DNA of 64,000 bases from positions 14,351 to 78,350 of the forward strand of contig JBDTME010000002.1 of the NCBI GenBank assembly GCA_039934415.1. The letters run 5' to 3'. The notes below the pieces were generated by a model. The model was given only the letters and a program-made list of their open reading frames with translations. It was not told the origin of the DNA and did not search any database. Positions 48,707-56,611 of this stretch are shown in pieces. This DNA is from Patescibacteria group bacterium (GTDB lineage Bacteria > Patescibacteriota > Microgenomatia > UBA1400 > PJMF01). The stretch's first letter is position 1; each line of letters starts with the position of its first letter. The position numbers and the translations under genes were made by a program.

Positions 48707-48850
48707 ATGTACAAAGAACTTTTTCATTTCCTGATGCAAAATAAAAAATGGTGGTTGCTGCCGCCAATTATTATTTTCGTTATATTTGGTGCATTGGTTA
48801 TTTTTTCGACAACATCACCTGTCAGTCCTTTTATCTACATGTTATTTTGA
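48707..48850 (+). CDS. DUF5989-like micro-protein (47 aa) associated with carbamoyltransferases
   Basis: Not in the ORF track (under 60 aa). Translation MYKELFHFLMQNKKWWLLPPIIIFVIFGALVIFSTTSPVSPFIYMLF has the KKxWLxP...GAL...PFIYxLF pattern remembered for DUF5989/SxtK-like peptides. Starts 29 nt after the carbamoyltransferase stop. Confidence 0.45.
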   Translation: MYKELFHFLMQNKKWWLLPPIIIFVIFGALVIFSTTSPVSPFIYMLF

Positions 48851-48929
48851 TGTTTTATGGAAAATAATCAGACCGAAAGAGGTCGCTGAGTTCAAGAAGT
48901 TTAGTATTCCGTATTGACTTCATACCCTC

Positions 48930-50495
48930 ATGGTTTGTATCCTGAATAGTAAGATATTACACACGCTACTCAATAAGCGAATTTCTATGTCAAACATTCC
49001 AGACCGCCTCACAGCTGCATTTAGCCAAGTTAAAAAAGATGTCAAAATGCTGACCAGTTCTCAAACATATTCCAAAATGTCACAGAACCAGATCATCGGC
49101 GGATTGACAATGCTGCTATTGACTGTGGGCGTAGCCGCTGGAGTATATCTCGGTCAGATCAGTCAAGAAAATAGACAACAAGCATTTGTTCCTTATGACA
49201 CTTGTGTAAGTGGTGACAGTAATTGTATAGGACATGGTGATGGTTTCGCCTGCAGCAGTAACGGTCGCTGTGCATTAAGCCAACTTACTGGAAGTTGTTC
49301 ATGTGACCAAACAAATCCAATACCAACTGGCACAATCAGTCTCGGTTGTAGTTCAGGGCAAGAGTTTTTAAATGAAAATACCTGTAATGCTATTTGTGGA
49401 GGAGGTTGTATCCAAGGTGGCATTGGGTATTGCTGTGTGGGTACAGGCCCGACTAGCACACCTGCTTTAGATAATGGCTGCGCTGCTAGTGGCGGTACTT
49501 GCAAAGGGACTTGCGGAGCTAGTGATACACAAACTGGCCTTTGTTCTGGTTCAAGCTCTGGACCAAAATGCTGTAAACCAGTATTACCAACAGCCACCCT
49601 TTTCTGTTGGGGCGCAGGAACGGCTTGCGGAAACTCAGGTGGTAGCGCATCTTGTTGCCCAGGGCTGTCCTGCACAATTGATACTTCCGACAATAATACC
49701 GCCAAGTGTACGGCCCCTGCTAATTGTGGAAATAATGTCTGCTCACAAGGTGAGAATTGTACTACCTGTCCAACTGATTGTGGTCTTTGTCCTCAACCGA
49801 CCAACACGCCTGTCCCAGTGAGTTCTTGCCCATCTGGTGAAACTTGTGTAGAAACAGCAGGTACTTGCGGAGGCATCGGCGGTTCTTTGACATCTAATCG
49901 TTGCGGATCAGGAAATTCACAGTTTTGTTGTTTAGTTATCGATTCATGTCCAAGTGGAGAAACTTGTGTCGAAAATGTTCAAGCTTGTGGCATCATCGGC
50001 GGAACGACTACAAGTAATAGGTGTGGCTCAGAACAAGATTCGAAAACATGTTGTAAGTTGAACTCTGGTCCATCGGCTGCACCTCGTCCAACCAACACAC
50101 CAGTTCCATTACCAACGAACACATCAGTGCCTGTCAGTCCAGGGCAACCAACAAATACGCCTGTTCCAAATCCAAACCCAACGAATACGTCAGTGCCTGT
50201 GGCAACAGACGTACTCGCCCCAGTCTGTGTGAATATCACAATGAACAATCCAGCATCACTGACACCTAATACTCCACCTAACACGGGTGACGTGGTGACC
50301 TTCACCTGTTCTCAAGTGGCTGGCGCAAGTCGATATGAGTTCCGCGTCAAGTTACCAGACAACTCATATGTCAACATCAACCCAAGTCTGGCAACACTCT
50401 ATGTGTCGCAGCAATACCAGATCCCTTCAGCTGGTACTTTCACAGCTGCTTGCCGACCATGTAACGCAAACGCCTGTTCAGCTTGGGAGAATTAA
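48930..50495 (+). CDS. secreted/anchored Cys-rich surface protein, paralog A (type-B leader; C-terminal RYEFR-WEN domain)
   Basis: 521 aa. TM then YLGQISQENRQQAF. A Cys-rich module about 90 percent identical to the one in 51971. Further Cys-rich repeats, a PTNT linker, and a conserved C-terminal domain ending ...CSAWEN-stop. The true start may be the internal MSNIPDRL. Confidence 0.6.
   Translation: MVCILNSKILHTLLNKRISMSNIPDRLTAAFSQVKKDVKMLTSSQTYSKMSQNQIIGGLTMLLLTVGVAAGVYLGQISQENRQQAFVPYDTCVSGDSNCIGHGDGFACSSNGRCALSQLTGSCSCDQTNPIPTGTISLGCSSGQEFLNENTCNAICGGGCIQGGIGYCCVGTGPTSTPALDNGCAASGGTCKGTCGASDTQTGLCSGSSSGPKCCKPVLPTATLFCWGAGTACGNSGGSASCCPGLSCTIDTSDNNTAKCTAPANCGNNVCSQGENCTTCPTDCGLCPQPTNTPVPVSSCPSGETCVETAGTCGGIGGSLTSNRCGSGNSQFCCLVIDSCPSGETCVENVQACGIIGGTTTSNRCGSEQDSKTCCKLNSGPSAAPRPTNTPVPLPTNTSVPVSPGQPTNTPVPNPNPTNTSVPVATDVLAPVCVNITMNNPASLTPNTPPNTGDVVTFTCSQVAGASRYEFRVKLPDNSYVNINPSLATLYVSQQYQIPSAGTFTAACRPCNANACSAWEN
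49174..49441 (+). repeat. dispersed direct repeat copy 1 (Cys-rich module DNA)
   Basis: About 270 bp; roughly 85-90 percent identical by eye to 52211-52478. Confidence 0.7.
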
Positions 50496-50509
50496 AATTA
50501 GACTTATTG

Positions 50510-50545
50510 GTAGGGGTTTCAGCAATTGGAATCCCTACTGTTTAA
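50510..50545 (+). terminator. hairpin after Cys-rich protein A gene (weak terminator candidate)
   Basis: GTAGGG, 17-nt loop, CCCTAC, followed by TGTTTAAT. Confidence 0.25.
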
Positions 50546-50606
50546 TAACTGACTCGTTATTTTGAATGAAAAATGCAACCACGATTGAACGAAAAAGTAA
50601 TATTTT

Positions 50607-51962
50607 ATGGATAGGAAACCTAACCTCCCCTTCCGGTGGAACTCTGTTTTAATCATAGGTCTCATTGTTTTAGTCGGAATTTTTGCAGTTGCCACAGCTC
50701 TTTTTCAGAGAAATCGTGGCCCTCTCGCTCCAAATGCACCTGGATCTCAACCAAAAGCTGATGTTGTCACTGAAGGATGCACGGTTCGCTTCTCCATTTC
50801 AGATGATGCTAATCTCACATGCACCAAAAGAGCATTTCTAGATGAGCTCGACAACATTGCAGGAACCTATCATTTAAGAAATGAAATTCAAAGCATAAAA
50901 GCTGGTGATATCGTCGTCTTCAATATAGATATCCAAAATAACAGCAGCACTGGAACGACTGTGAATTTAAATGATTTGTTTGCAGTGAGTCCCTCTGTTT
51001 CAAATGCCGTGGAATACATTGACTCAAATTGCCCAGGAGGCGGTACCTTTAATCAAAGTACACTCAATTTGACCTGCTCAAATAAATTTGTCGGCGGCGG
51101 TCAAAACCAACAACTCACTTTCCGAGTCAAAGTAAATGCCGCTGCCACAATAGGTACTCAGATCAGTAACACGGCTACAACTTCCGATGGAACAAGTACC
51201 GCAATTTGTACTAGGAGCATCATCGTTGCTGAAGCAACGACTCAAAAAGCCTGCAATCAAAGCTGCGAAACAAGTAAAGAATGTACTGGCACTTTAGAAT
51301 GTACGAATGTAAATGGTTTGTTTGTTTGTAGAGATCCACAAATTCCTAGCGATTCAACATGTGGTGCACCGACTGCCACCCCAACCTTTACTCTAGTCCC
51401 CAGTTCTACGTCTACTTCAACACCAACACGTACGCCGACCAGTACTCCTACTCCTACTCATACTCCAACGGCTACATTCACTTTAGTGCCTACGGCGACG
51501 AGTACTCGAACACCAACTCCAACATTTACTAATACGCCAACTAACACTCCTACAAGAACTCCGAGCCCAACGGCTACTTACACACCGTCGCCTACTTTCA
51601 CTGCACTGCCAACAAGCACAGGCACGGTTACACCAACGGCCACGTTCACTATTACTTTGACACCATCTGCTACGGCTACAACAAGAGTTCTCGCTCAATG
51701 TAACCAGGGTTGCAGTACTAATGCTGATTGTGCCAACTCTAATCAAATTTGTTACACCACGAATGATGGAAATCGTTGTCGTCTCGCAGATAACGTCGGC
51801 AGCGACAATTGCTCGACCACCATCGCTTCGGGTGCAACGTCGACTCCATTCATTCCTCAGTTACCAAAATCTGGTAGTGAAAACCAACGAGTGTTGCTCA
51901 TAGGTGGGGTCATCCTAGTTGTGATCATCATCGGAATTGTGGGCTTCTTACTCATTTTGTAA
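50607..51962 (+). CDS. surface protein with type-A leader ([11 protein letters not shown]), PT-repeat linker, Cys-rich C-terminal module and LPKSG-TM C-terminus
   Basis: 451 aa. TM then [29 protein letters not shown]. Thr/Pro tandem repeats. C-terminal [33 protein letters not shown]-stop. Confidence 0.6.
   Translation: MDRKPNLPFRWNSVLIIGLIVLVGIFAVATALFQRNRGPLAPNAPGSQPKADVVTEGCTVRFSISDDANLTCTKRAFLDELDNIAGTYHLRNEIQSIKAGDIVVFNIDIQNNSSTGTTVNLNDLFAVSPSVSNAVEYIDSNCPGGGTFNQSTLNLTCSNKFVGGGQNQQLTFRVKVNAAATIGTQISNTATTSDGTSTAICTRSIIVAEATTQKACNQSCETSKECTGTLECTNVNGLFVCRDPQIPSDSTCGAPTATPTFTLVPSSTSTSTPTRTPTSTPTPTHTPTATFTLVPTATSTRTPTPTFTNTPTNTPTRTPSPTATYTPSPTFTALPTSTGTVTPTATFTITLTPSATATTRVLAQCNQGCSTNADCANSNQICYTTNDGNRCRLADNVGSDNCSTTIASGATSTPFIPQLPKSGSENQRVLLIGGVILVVIIIGIVGFLLIL
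51365..51690 (+). repeat. imperfect tandem ACN-CCN (Thr-Pro) coding repeat tract
   Basis: Encodes TPTxT/TPTFT repeats inside the 50607 gene. Confidence 0.6.
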
Positions 51963-51970
51963 AAGATTTT

Positions 51971-53548
51971 ATGAGTGATCAAAATTTACCACCACAATCA
52001 AATAATGGCCTGGATGAAATCCTGAAAGAGTTGGAACAACGCTTTGGCATTAATACTGACCAATCGGAAAACCAATCCGACTCCAAAAAAAATAGTGGTG
52101 TTAATTTTAAACGATACGGCAAAAACCAAATTATTGGTGGATTAACACTGGTACTCTTGGTTGTTGGTGCAGTTGCCGGTATATACCTTGGTCAAACAAA
52201 TCAAGAGAACAGACAACAAGCATTTAATCCTTATGACACTTGCGTAAGTGGTGATGGTAATTGTTTAGGACATGGTGATGGTTTTGCCTGTAGTAGCAAT
52301 GGTCGTTGTTCACTGAGTCAGCTCAATGGGAGCTGTTCCTGTGACCAAACAAATCCGATACCAACTAGCACCATTAGTCTCGGTTGTAGTTCGGGGCAAG
52401 AGTTTTTAAATGAAAGTACTTGTAATGCCATTTGTGGTGGCGGATGTATCCAGGCTGGCATTGGGTATTGCTGTGTCGGAAGTGGTTCTAACCCAACCAA
52501 TACTCCGAGTAGTCCAGGCATCACTAACACCCCCAAACCCACCAACACTTCTGTCCCCACTACTCCTGGAGCTCCGACAAATACACCCGTCCCAGTGTCG
52601 ACAACCCAACCACCTGCAAGTACACCTGGCAATCCAGTCAACACACCTGTCCCCGTCCCTGCCACTGCCACACCGCCTACTTCGTGCGGAAATAGTATCG
52701 TGAATACTGGAGAACAATGTGATGACGGAAATTCAAACAATAATGATTATTGTTTGAATAACTGCACATTGAGTTCTTACTGTAAATTTTATGATTTAGA
52801 GGGTTTACCCATTGGAGAAATGCAACCGCTAGGAAGTCCCTACTCAGCAGATGGCATACAATTTTCTAGCAACGGTCAATATTGGGTTGGGAACTATGCC
52901 AGTGTCTTAATTGACCCAGCAGGTGGAGCTGCCTCACCGGTGCACGGTATCTGCGTAAATAACTGTGCTCAAGGGGCATTCGATATATTCTTTAATCCAC
53001 CGGTCGATTTCTTTGGCATAGTTGTGTTTAGTGGACCGAGTTTAGATCCAGTAACATCAACAACAGGACTTACATATTATTACGGCACGAGTAGTAGCCA
53101 GTATGTTAGTAATACTGAGACAGCATACACGCGACATACTATTTCACAAACTGGCATCAATCGCGTCAATTTAACATCATCAAATTCTTATGAAGGTTGG
53201 GATGATATAGTCATTTGTAGATTTCCAACACCAACAAGTACACCGACTACCGCAATTGGCCCTACGTGTAATGGAATCAAAGTTTCATACGGAAACAGCA
53301 ACGAACCAACCAGACCTGTTCGGATTGGTGATAACTTAACGTTCACTTGTGGCACCTTAAGCAGTGCAGCTCGCTATGAATTTAGACTGTTCTTAAACGG
53401 AGTTTTCTTGCAAAACATCAATCCAATTTCCACATCGGCTAGTATTTCGCAACCATTTCCTATTGCACAAAGCGGGAACTATAGTGCACAATGTAGGATG
53501 TGTACTGATAGTACAGCTACAAGTTGTCAATCTTGGGAACCACTATGA
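51971..53548 (+). CDS. secreted/anchored Cys-rich surface protein, paralog B (type-B leader; C-terminal RYEFR-WE domain)
   Basis: 525 aa. TM then YLGQTNQENRQQAF. Cys-rich module near-identical to paralog A. PTNT linker, then a central beta-rich region. C-terminal ...ARYEFRLF...CQSWEPL-stop. Confidence 0.6.
   Translation: MSDQNLPPQSNNGLDEILKELEQRFGINTDQSENQSDSKKNSGVNFKRYGKNQIIGGLTLVLLVVGAVAGIYLGQTNQENRQQAFNPYDTCVSGDGNCLGHGDGFACSSNGRCSLSQLNGSCSCDQTNPIPTSTISLGCSSGQEFLNESTCNAICGGGCIQAGIGYCCVGSGSNPTNTPSSPGITNTPKPTNTSVPTTPGAPTNTPVPVSTTQPPASTPGNPVNTPVPVPATATPPTSCGNSIVNTGEQCDDGNSNNNDYCLNNCTLSSYCKFYDLEGLPIGEMQPLGSPYSADGIQFSSNGQYWVGNYASVLIDPAGGAASPVHGICVNNCAQGAFDIFFNPPVDFFGIVVFSGPSLDPVTSTTGLTYYYGTSSSQYVSNTETAYTRHTISQTGINRVNLTSSNSYEGWDDIVICRFPTPTSTPTTAIGPTCNGIKVSYGNSNEPTRPVRIGDNLTFTCGTLSSAARYEFRLFLNGVFLQNINPISTSASISQPFPIAQSGNYSAQCRMCTDSTATSCQSWEPL
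52211..52478 (+). repeat. dispersed direct repeat copy 2 (Cys-rich module DNA)
   Basis: Matches 49174-49441. Confidence 0.7.
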
Positions 53549-55503
53549 AACAAAAATACCCCATCCTTTCATCACAATTCGTTGATTCGGTGTTCACACC
53601 GCTGTCACTCGTTCTAATTAGTATTGTTGCCATCATTGCTGTGGCAGTGGCTTTGTTCCAAGTGAATAAAGGTCCAGTAGCTCCTAATGCTCCTGGGTCA
53701 CAACCAAAAGCAGCCGACTTTACAGGACAAACTTGTGCCCTCACATTTGTCGTTGCTGGACCATCAGCAACACCAGCTCCTCAGGTCATTGATTTAGAAT
53801 TACAAAAGACCGCAGATAAGTCAGCAGTAAATGTCGGTCAACAAATCACCTTCACAGTTTCACTTTTCAACCGAGGACCTGCAGATGCAACAAATGTCCG
53901 AGTTCAGGATATTTTGCCAACCGGGTTGCAGTACGTTTTAGATACTAGCAGCGGTGCATACAACTCGACGAGTGGCGTTTGGAGCATTGCTAGTTTAGCT
54001 GCGAATCAAACTGTCAGTCTCAATATTACGGCAACAGTAACTCAATCTGGTTCTTTAACTAACTACACTCAAGTTTCAGCTGCAGATCAAACCGATGTGG
54101 ACTCCACTCCAGGAGATAATTCTGGAACTGGCACAGTTGCACATCAAGACGATGACAGCGCAGTTGTGATCAATTCAACAGCCAACACTAGTGACCTTGA
54201 ATTAACCAAACGTGCTAACACTACAACTCCTTCAGTCGGAGGCTCAGTAGTATTCACTATTGATGTTGTGAACAAAGGCCCACAGAACGCAACCGGTGTC
54301 AAAGTAGCCGACTTACTCCCAACTGGATTGAGCTATCTGTCTCACTCCACTGCAACCGGCAACTTTAACTCTACTTCAGGTATCTGGGATATCGGGAATT
54401 TAGCAACAGGTTCAACTGTGAGTTTGACATTGACTGCACAAGTCAACACCACCTCACCTGTAACAAATTACTCTCAGATCACAGCCAGTTCCCCAACGGA
54501 TTCAGATTCAACACCTGGAAATAACTCAGGAAACGGAACAGTGCCACACGAAGATGATGATGACTCGGTCGTACTGACCCCTCAGTCAACACCTACGAAC
54601 ACACCTCCGGCAGTAAGTGCTGATCTATCACTGACCAAACAAATCAGTAATAGTACACCAAAAGTCGGAGAGAACATCACATACACTGTTACGGTCTACA
54701 ATGCCGGACCAAATGACGCAACCAACGTAACAGTCAGTGAGCCACTCGTAGGAGGAACAACATTCGTCTCTGCTACACCGTCTCAAGGTACTTACAATGT
54801 ATCGGCAGGCCTTTGGACAATTGGCACCATTCCTGTCAACCAAAGCAGAACCTTGCAGATCGTCGTGACTGTCAATGTCTCGACCAGCATAACCAACACT
54901 GCACAAGTTCAGCACAGTGACCAACCTGATCCAGACTCTACACCGGGCAATAACAACCCAAATGAAGATGATCAACAGTCAGCTACAACAAACCCTGTTG
55001 CACAAGGCGCTGATCTATCACTCAACAAACGAGTCAATGTGACCAGACCAGTCGTTGGACAGAATGCAATCTTCACAGTTGAAGTGCATAATGCAGGACC
55101 TCTGCAAGCAGATAATGTGACCGTCAAAGACTTGGTCCCATCAGGCACCACCTTTATTGATGCTCAACCTTCTCAAGGTAGCTACAATTCAGGAAACGGT
55201 ATCTGGACGATCGGTTCGATCACAAAAGATTCTACGGTAAGCATACAATTAACGCTGAGAGTTGATACCAACTCACAGATCGTAAACGTGGCAGAAGTAG
55301 CATCAAGCAGTCAACCTGACCCTGACTCTACACCAAACAATAACAATCCAAACGAGGATGACCAAGATGATGCAGTTCTAAATCCTCAGACAGCAGCAGC
55401 TTTACCAAAGTCGGGAAATGCTTCAAACACCACCCTCTTTGTCATAGCAACTGGAGTCATAGTATTGATCATCGGAGCCATGGGACTGCTACTCCTTCTG
55501 TAA
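53545..55503 (+). CDS. DUF11-repeat surface protein with type-A leader and LPKSG-TM C-terminus
   Basis: The ATG overlaps the upstream TGA (ATGA); ORF-track start 53524 is a TTG. TM then [28 protein letters not shown]. Five DUF11-like repeats (LTKxxS...VxNxGPxxATxVxVxDxLPxGxxF). DSTPGNN spacers. C-terminal LPKSGNASNTTLFVIATGVIVLIIGAMGLLLLL-stop. Confidence 0.7.
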   Translation: MKQKYPILSSQFVDSVFTPLSLVLISIVAIIAVAVALFQVNKGPVAPNAPGSQPKAADFTGQTCALTFVVAGPSATPAPQVIDLELQKTADKSAVNVGQQITFTVSLFNRGPADATNVRVQDILPTGLQYVLDTSSGAYNSTSGVWSIASLAANQTVSLNITATVTQSGSLTNYTQVSAADQTDVDSTPGDNSGTGTVAHQDDDSAVVINSTANTSDLELTKRANTTTPSVGGSVVFTIDVVNKGPQNATGVKVADLLPTGLSYLSHSTATGNFNSTSGIWDIGNLATGSTVSLTLTAQVNTTSPVTNYSQITASSPTDSDSTPGNNSGNGTVPHEDDDDSVVLTPQSTPTNTPPAVSADLSLTKQISNSTPKVGENITYTVTVYNAGPNDATNVTVSEPLVGGTTFVSATPSQGTYNVSAGLWTIGTIPVNQSRTLQIVVTVNVSTSITNTAQVQHSDQPDPDSTPGNNNPNEDDQQSATTNPVAQGADLSLNKRVNVTRPVVGQNAIFTVEVHNAGPLQADNVTVKDLVPSGTTFIDAQPSQGSYNSGNGIWTIGSITKDSTVSIQLTLRVDTNSQIVNVAEVASSSQPDPDSTPNNNNPNEDDQDDAVLNPQTAAALPKSGNASNTTLFVIATGVIVLIIGAMGLLLLL

Positions 55504-55535
55504 AAGTAGAAAGAGTTCGTTTAAAACGTAAAAAG

Positions 55536-55569
55536 AAAAGAGGTCTTATTCATTAAGGCCTCTTTTTTT
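55536..55569 (+). terminator. rho-independent terminator after DUF11 surface-protein gene
   Basis: AAAAGAGG, 15-nt loop, CCTCTTTT, then a T7 run. Confidence 0.5.
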
Positions 55570-55659
55570 CAAGAAGAAAGTGAGCATAAAAGTTAGGTGA
55601 AAAAGTAAACAGGATAGAAAGTTAAGTACTTTTTATAAAATTTTTAGAATATAAACGAG

Positions 55660-56535
55660 ATGCAAGAAAGTTTTACTCCTCCGACACAAACTGAACCACA
55701 AGTTTCAAGAGTATCCAAAGTAAAAATGGTTTTGCCTATTTTAGGAGTGGTGGTGGTTGCAGTTGCTGCCGTAGCAGTGAGTTTATTTTTATCACAAAAG
55801 CAGGAACCAGTTGCACCAAATGTCCCCGCCTCACAGCCAAAAGCCTCGGAGATCGTTAATGATATTACTTGTACTTTGAACTTTGAGGTACTCGCACCGA
55901 CTCCGACGCCCACCTTTACTGCAACCTTGACGCCAAGCAATACACCTACTGCTACCCCTACTTTTACGCCAACGAGAACGCCGACCGCCACGCCTACTTT
56001 TACCCCTACACCTATTCCTCCAACGAGTACTCCTACTCGAACACCAACACCAACTGCTACAGCCACTCCGACTGCTACACCAACGAGAACACCAACACCG
56101 ATTCCACCGACCAGTACTCCGACAAATACGCCGACATCGACACCAACATCGACACCAACTGCCACTCCGACTAGAACACCAACGATCACGTTAACACCGT
56201 CAGCAACTGCTACTTACACTCCATCAGCGACTCCAACCTCACCAATTGCCGCTACTTGTAACTCTATTAAGATGATCTATGGCGTTGGGGAGCCAGACAG
56301 AGCACCAAAACTCTCTGACAATGTTCAGTTCCAATGTGGAACAATTGCAGGTGCATCTCGATATGAGTTTAGAATTCTGGCTCCTGCACCGAACAATACC
56401 TACCAACCTTGGCCAGCTATCTCTGGAGGAACATTATCTCAACCATATACCATCGCTGCGTATGGTTCGTACAGCGCGCAATGTCGAGCTTGTGCCGGAG
56501 TTGATGCTTCAAGCTGTCAGCCATGGGAAAACTAA
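55660..56535 (+). CDS. surface protein with type-A leader, long PT-repeat linker and C-terminal RYEFR-WEN domain
   Basis: 291 aa. TM then [31 protein letters not shown]. About 110 aa of TPTxT repeats. C-terminal ...[10 protein letters not shown]...CQPWEN-stop. Confidence 0.55.
   Translation: MQESFTPPTQTEPQVSRVSKVKMVLPILGVVVVAVAAVAVSLFLSQKQEPVAPNVPASQPKASEIVNDITCTLNFEVLAPTPTPTFTATLTPSNTPTATPTFTPTRTPTATPTFTPTPIPPTSTPTRTPTPTATATPTATPTRTPTPIPPTSTPTNTPTSTPTSTPTATPTRTPTITLTPSATATYTPSATPTSPIAATCNSIKMIYGVGEPDRAPKLSDNVQFQCGTIAGASRYEFRILAPAPNNTYQPWPAISGGTLSQPYTIAAYGSYSAQCRACAGVDASSCQPWEN
55893..56245 (+). repeat. imperfect tandem ACN-CCN (Thr-Pro) coding repeat tract
   Basis: Encodes PTxTPT repeats. 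Its reverse complement yields the spurious GV-repeat ORF 55644-56189. Confidence 0.6.
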
Positions 56536-56611
56536 CGACTACATTGATCTTCACCAGATTGTTTTTTTAAGAAAAATTCTCTACACTTAAAAGTGGAATC
56601 AATTAATATAC

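Noticed and set aside
49193-49821. Overlapping ORFs 49193-49705 (-) and 49474-49821 (+) inside the Cys-rich gene
   Set aside because: Alternative-frame or antisense ORFs within a gene whose + frame shows strong Cys-rich domain conservation with its paralog.
51483-51746. Arg/Cys/Ser-rich reverse-strand ORF
   Set aside because: Antisense of the PT-repeat tract of the 50607 gene.
52318-52740. ORFs 52318-52740 (-), 52406-52717 (-) and 52410-52703 (+)
   Set aside because: The same situation, inside the 51971 paralog.
55644-56189. 181-aa reverse-strand ORF encoding GV/VG repeats
   Set aside because: Reverse complement of the ACN-CCN Thr-Pro repeat tract of the 55660 gene; pure repeat artefact.
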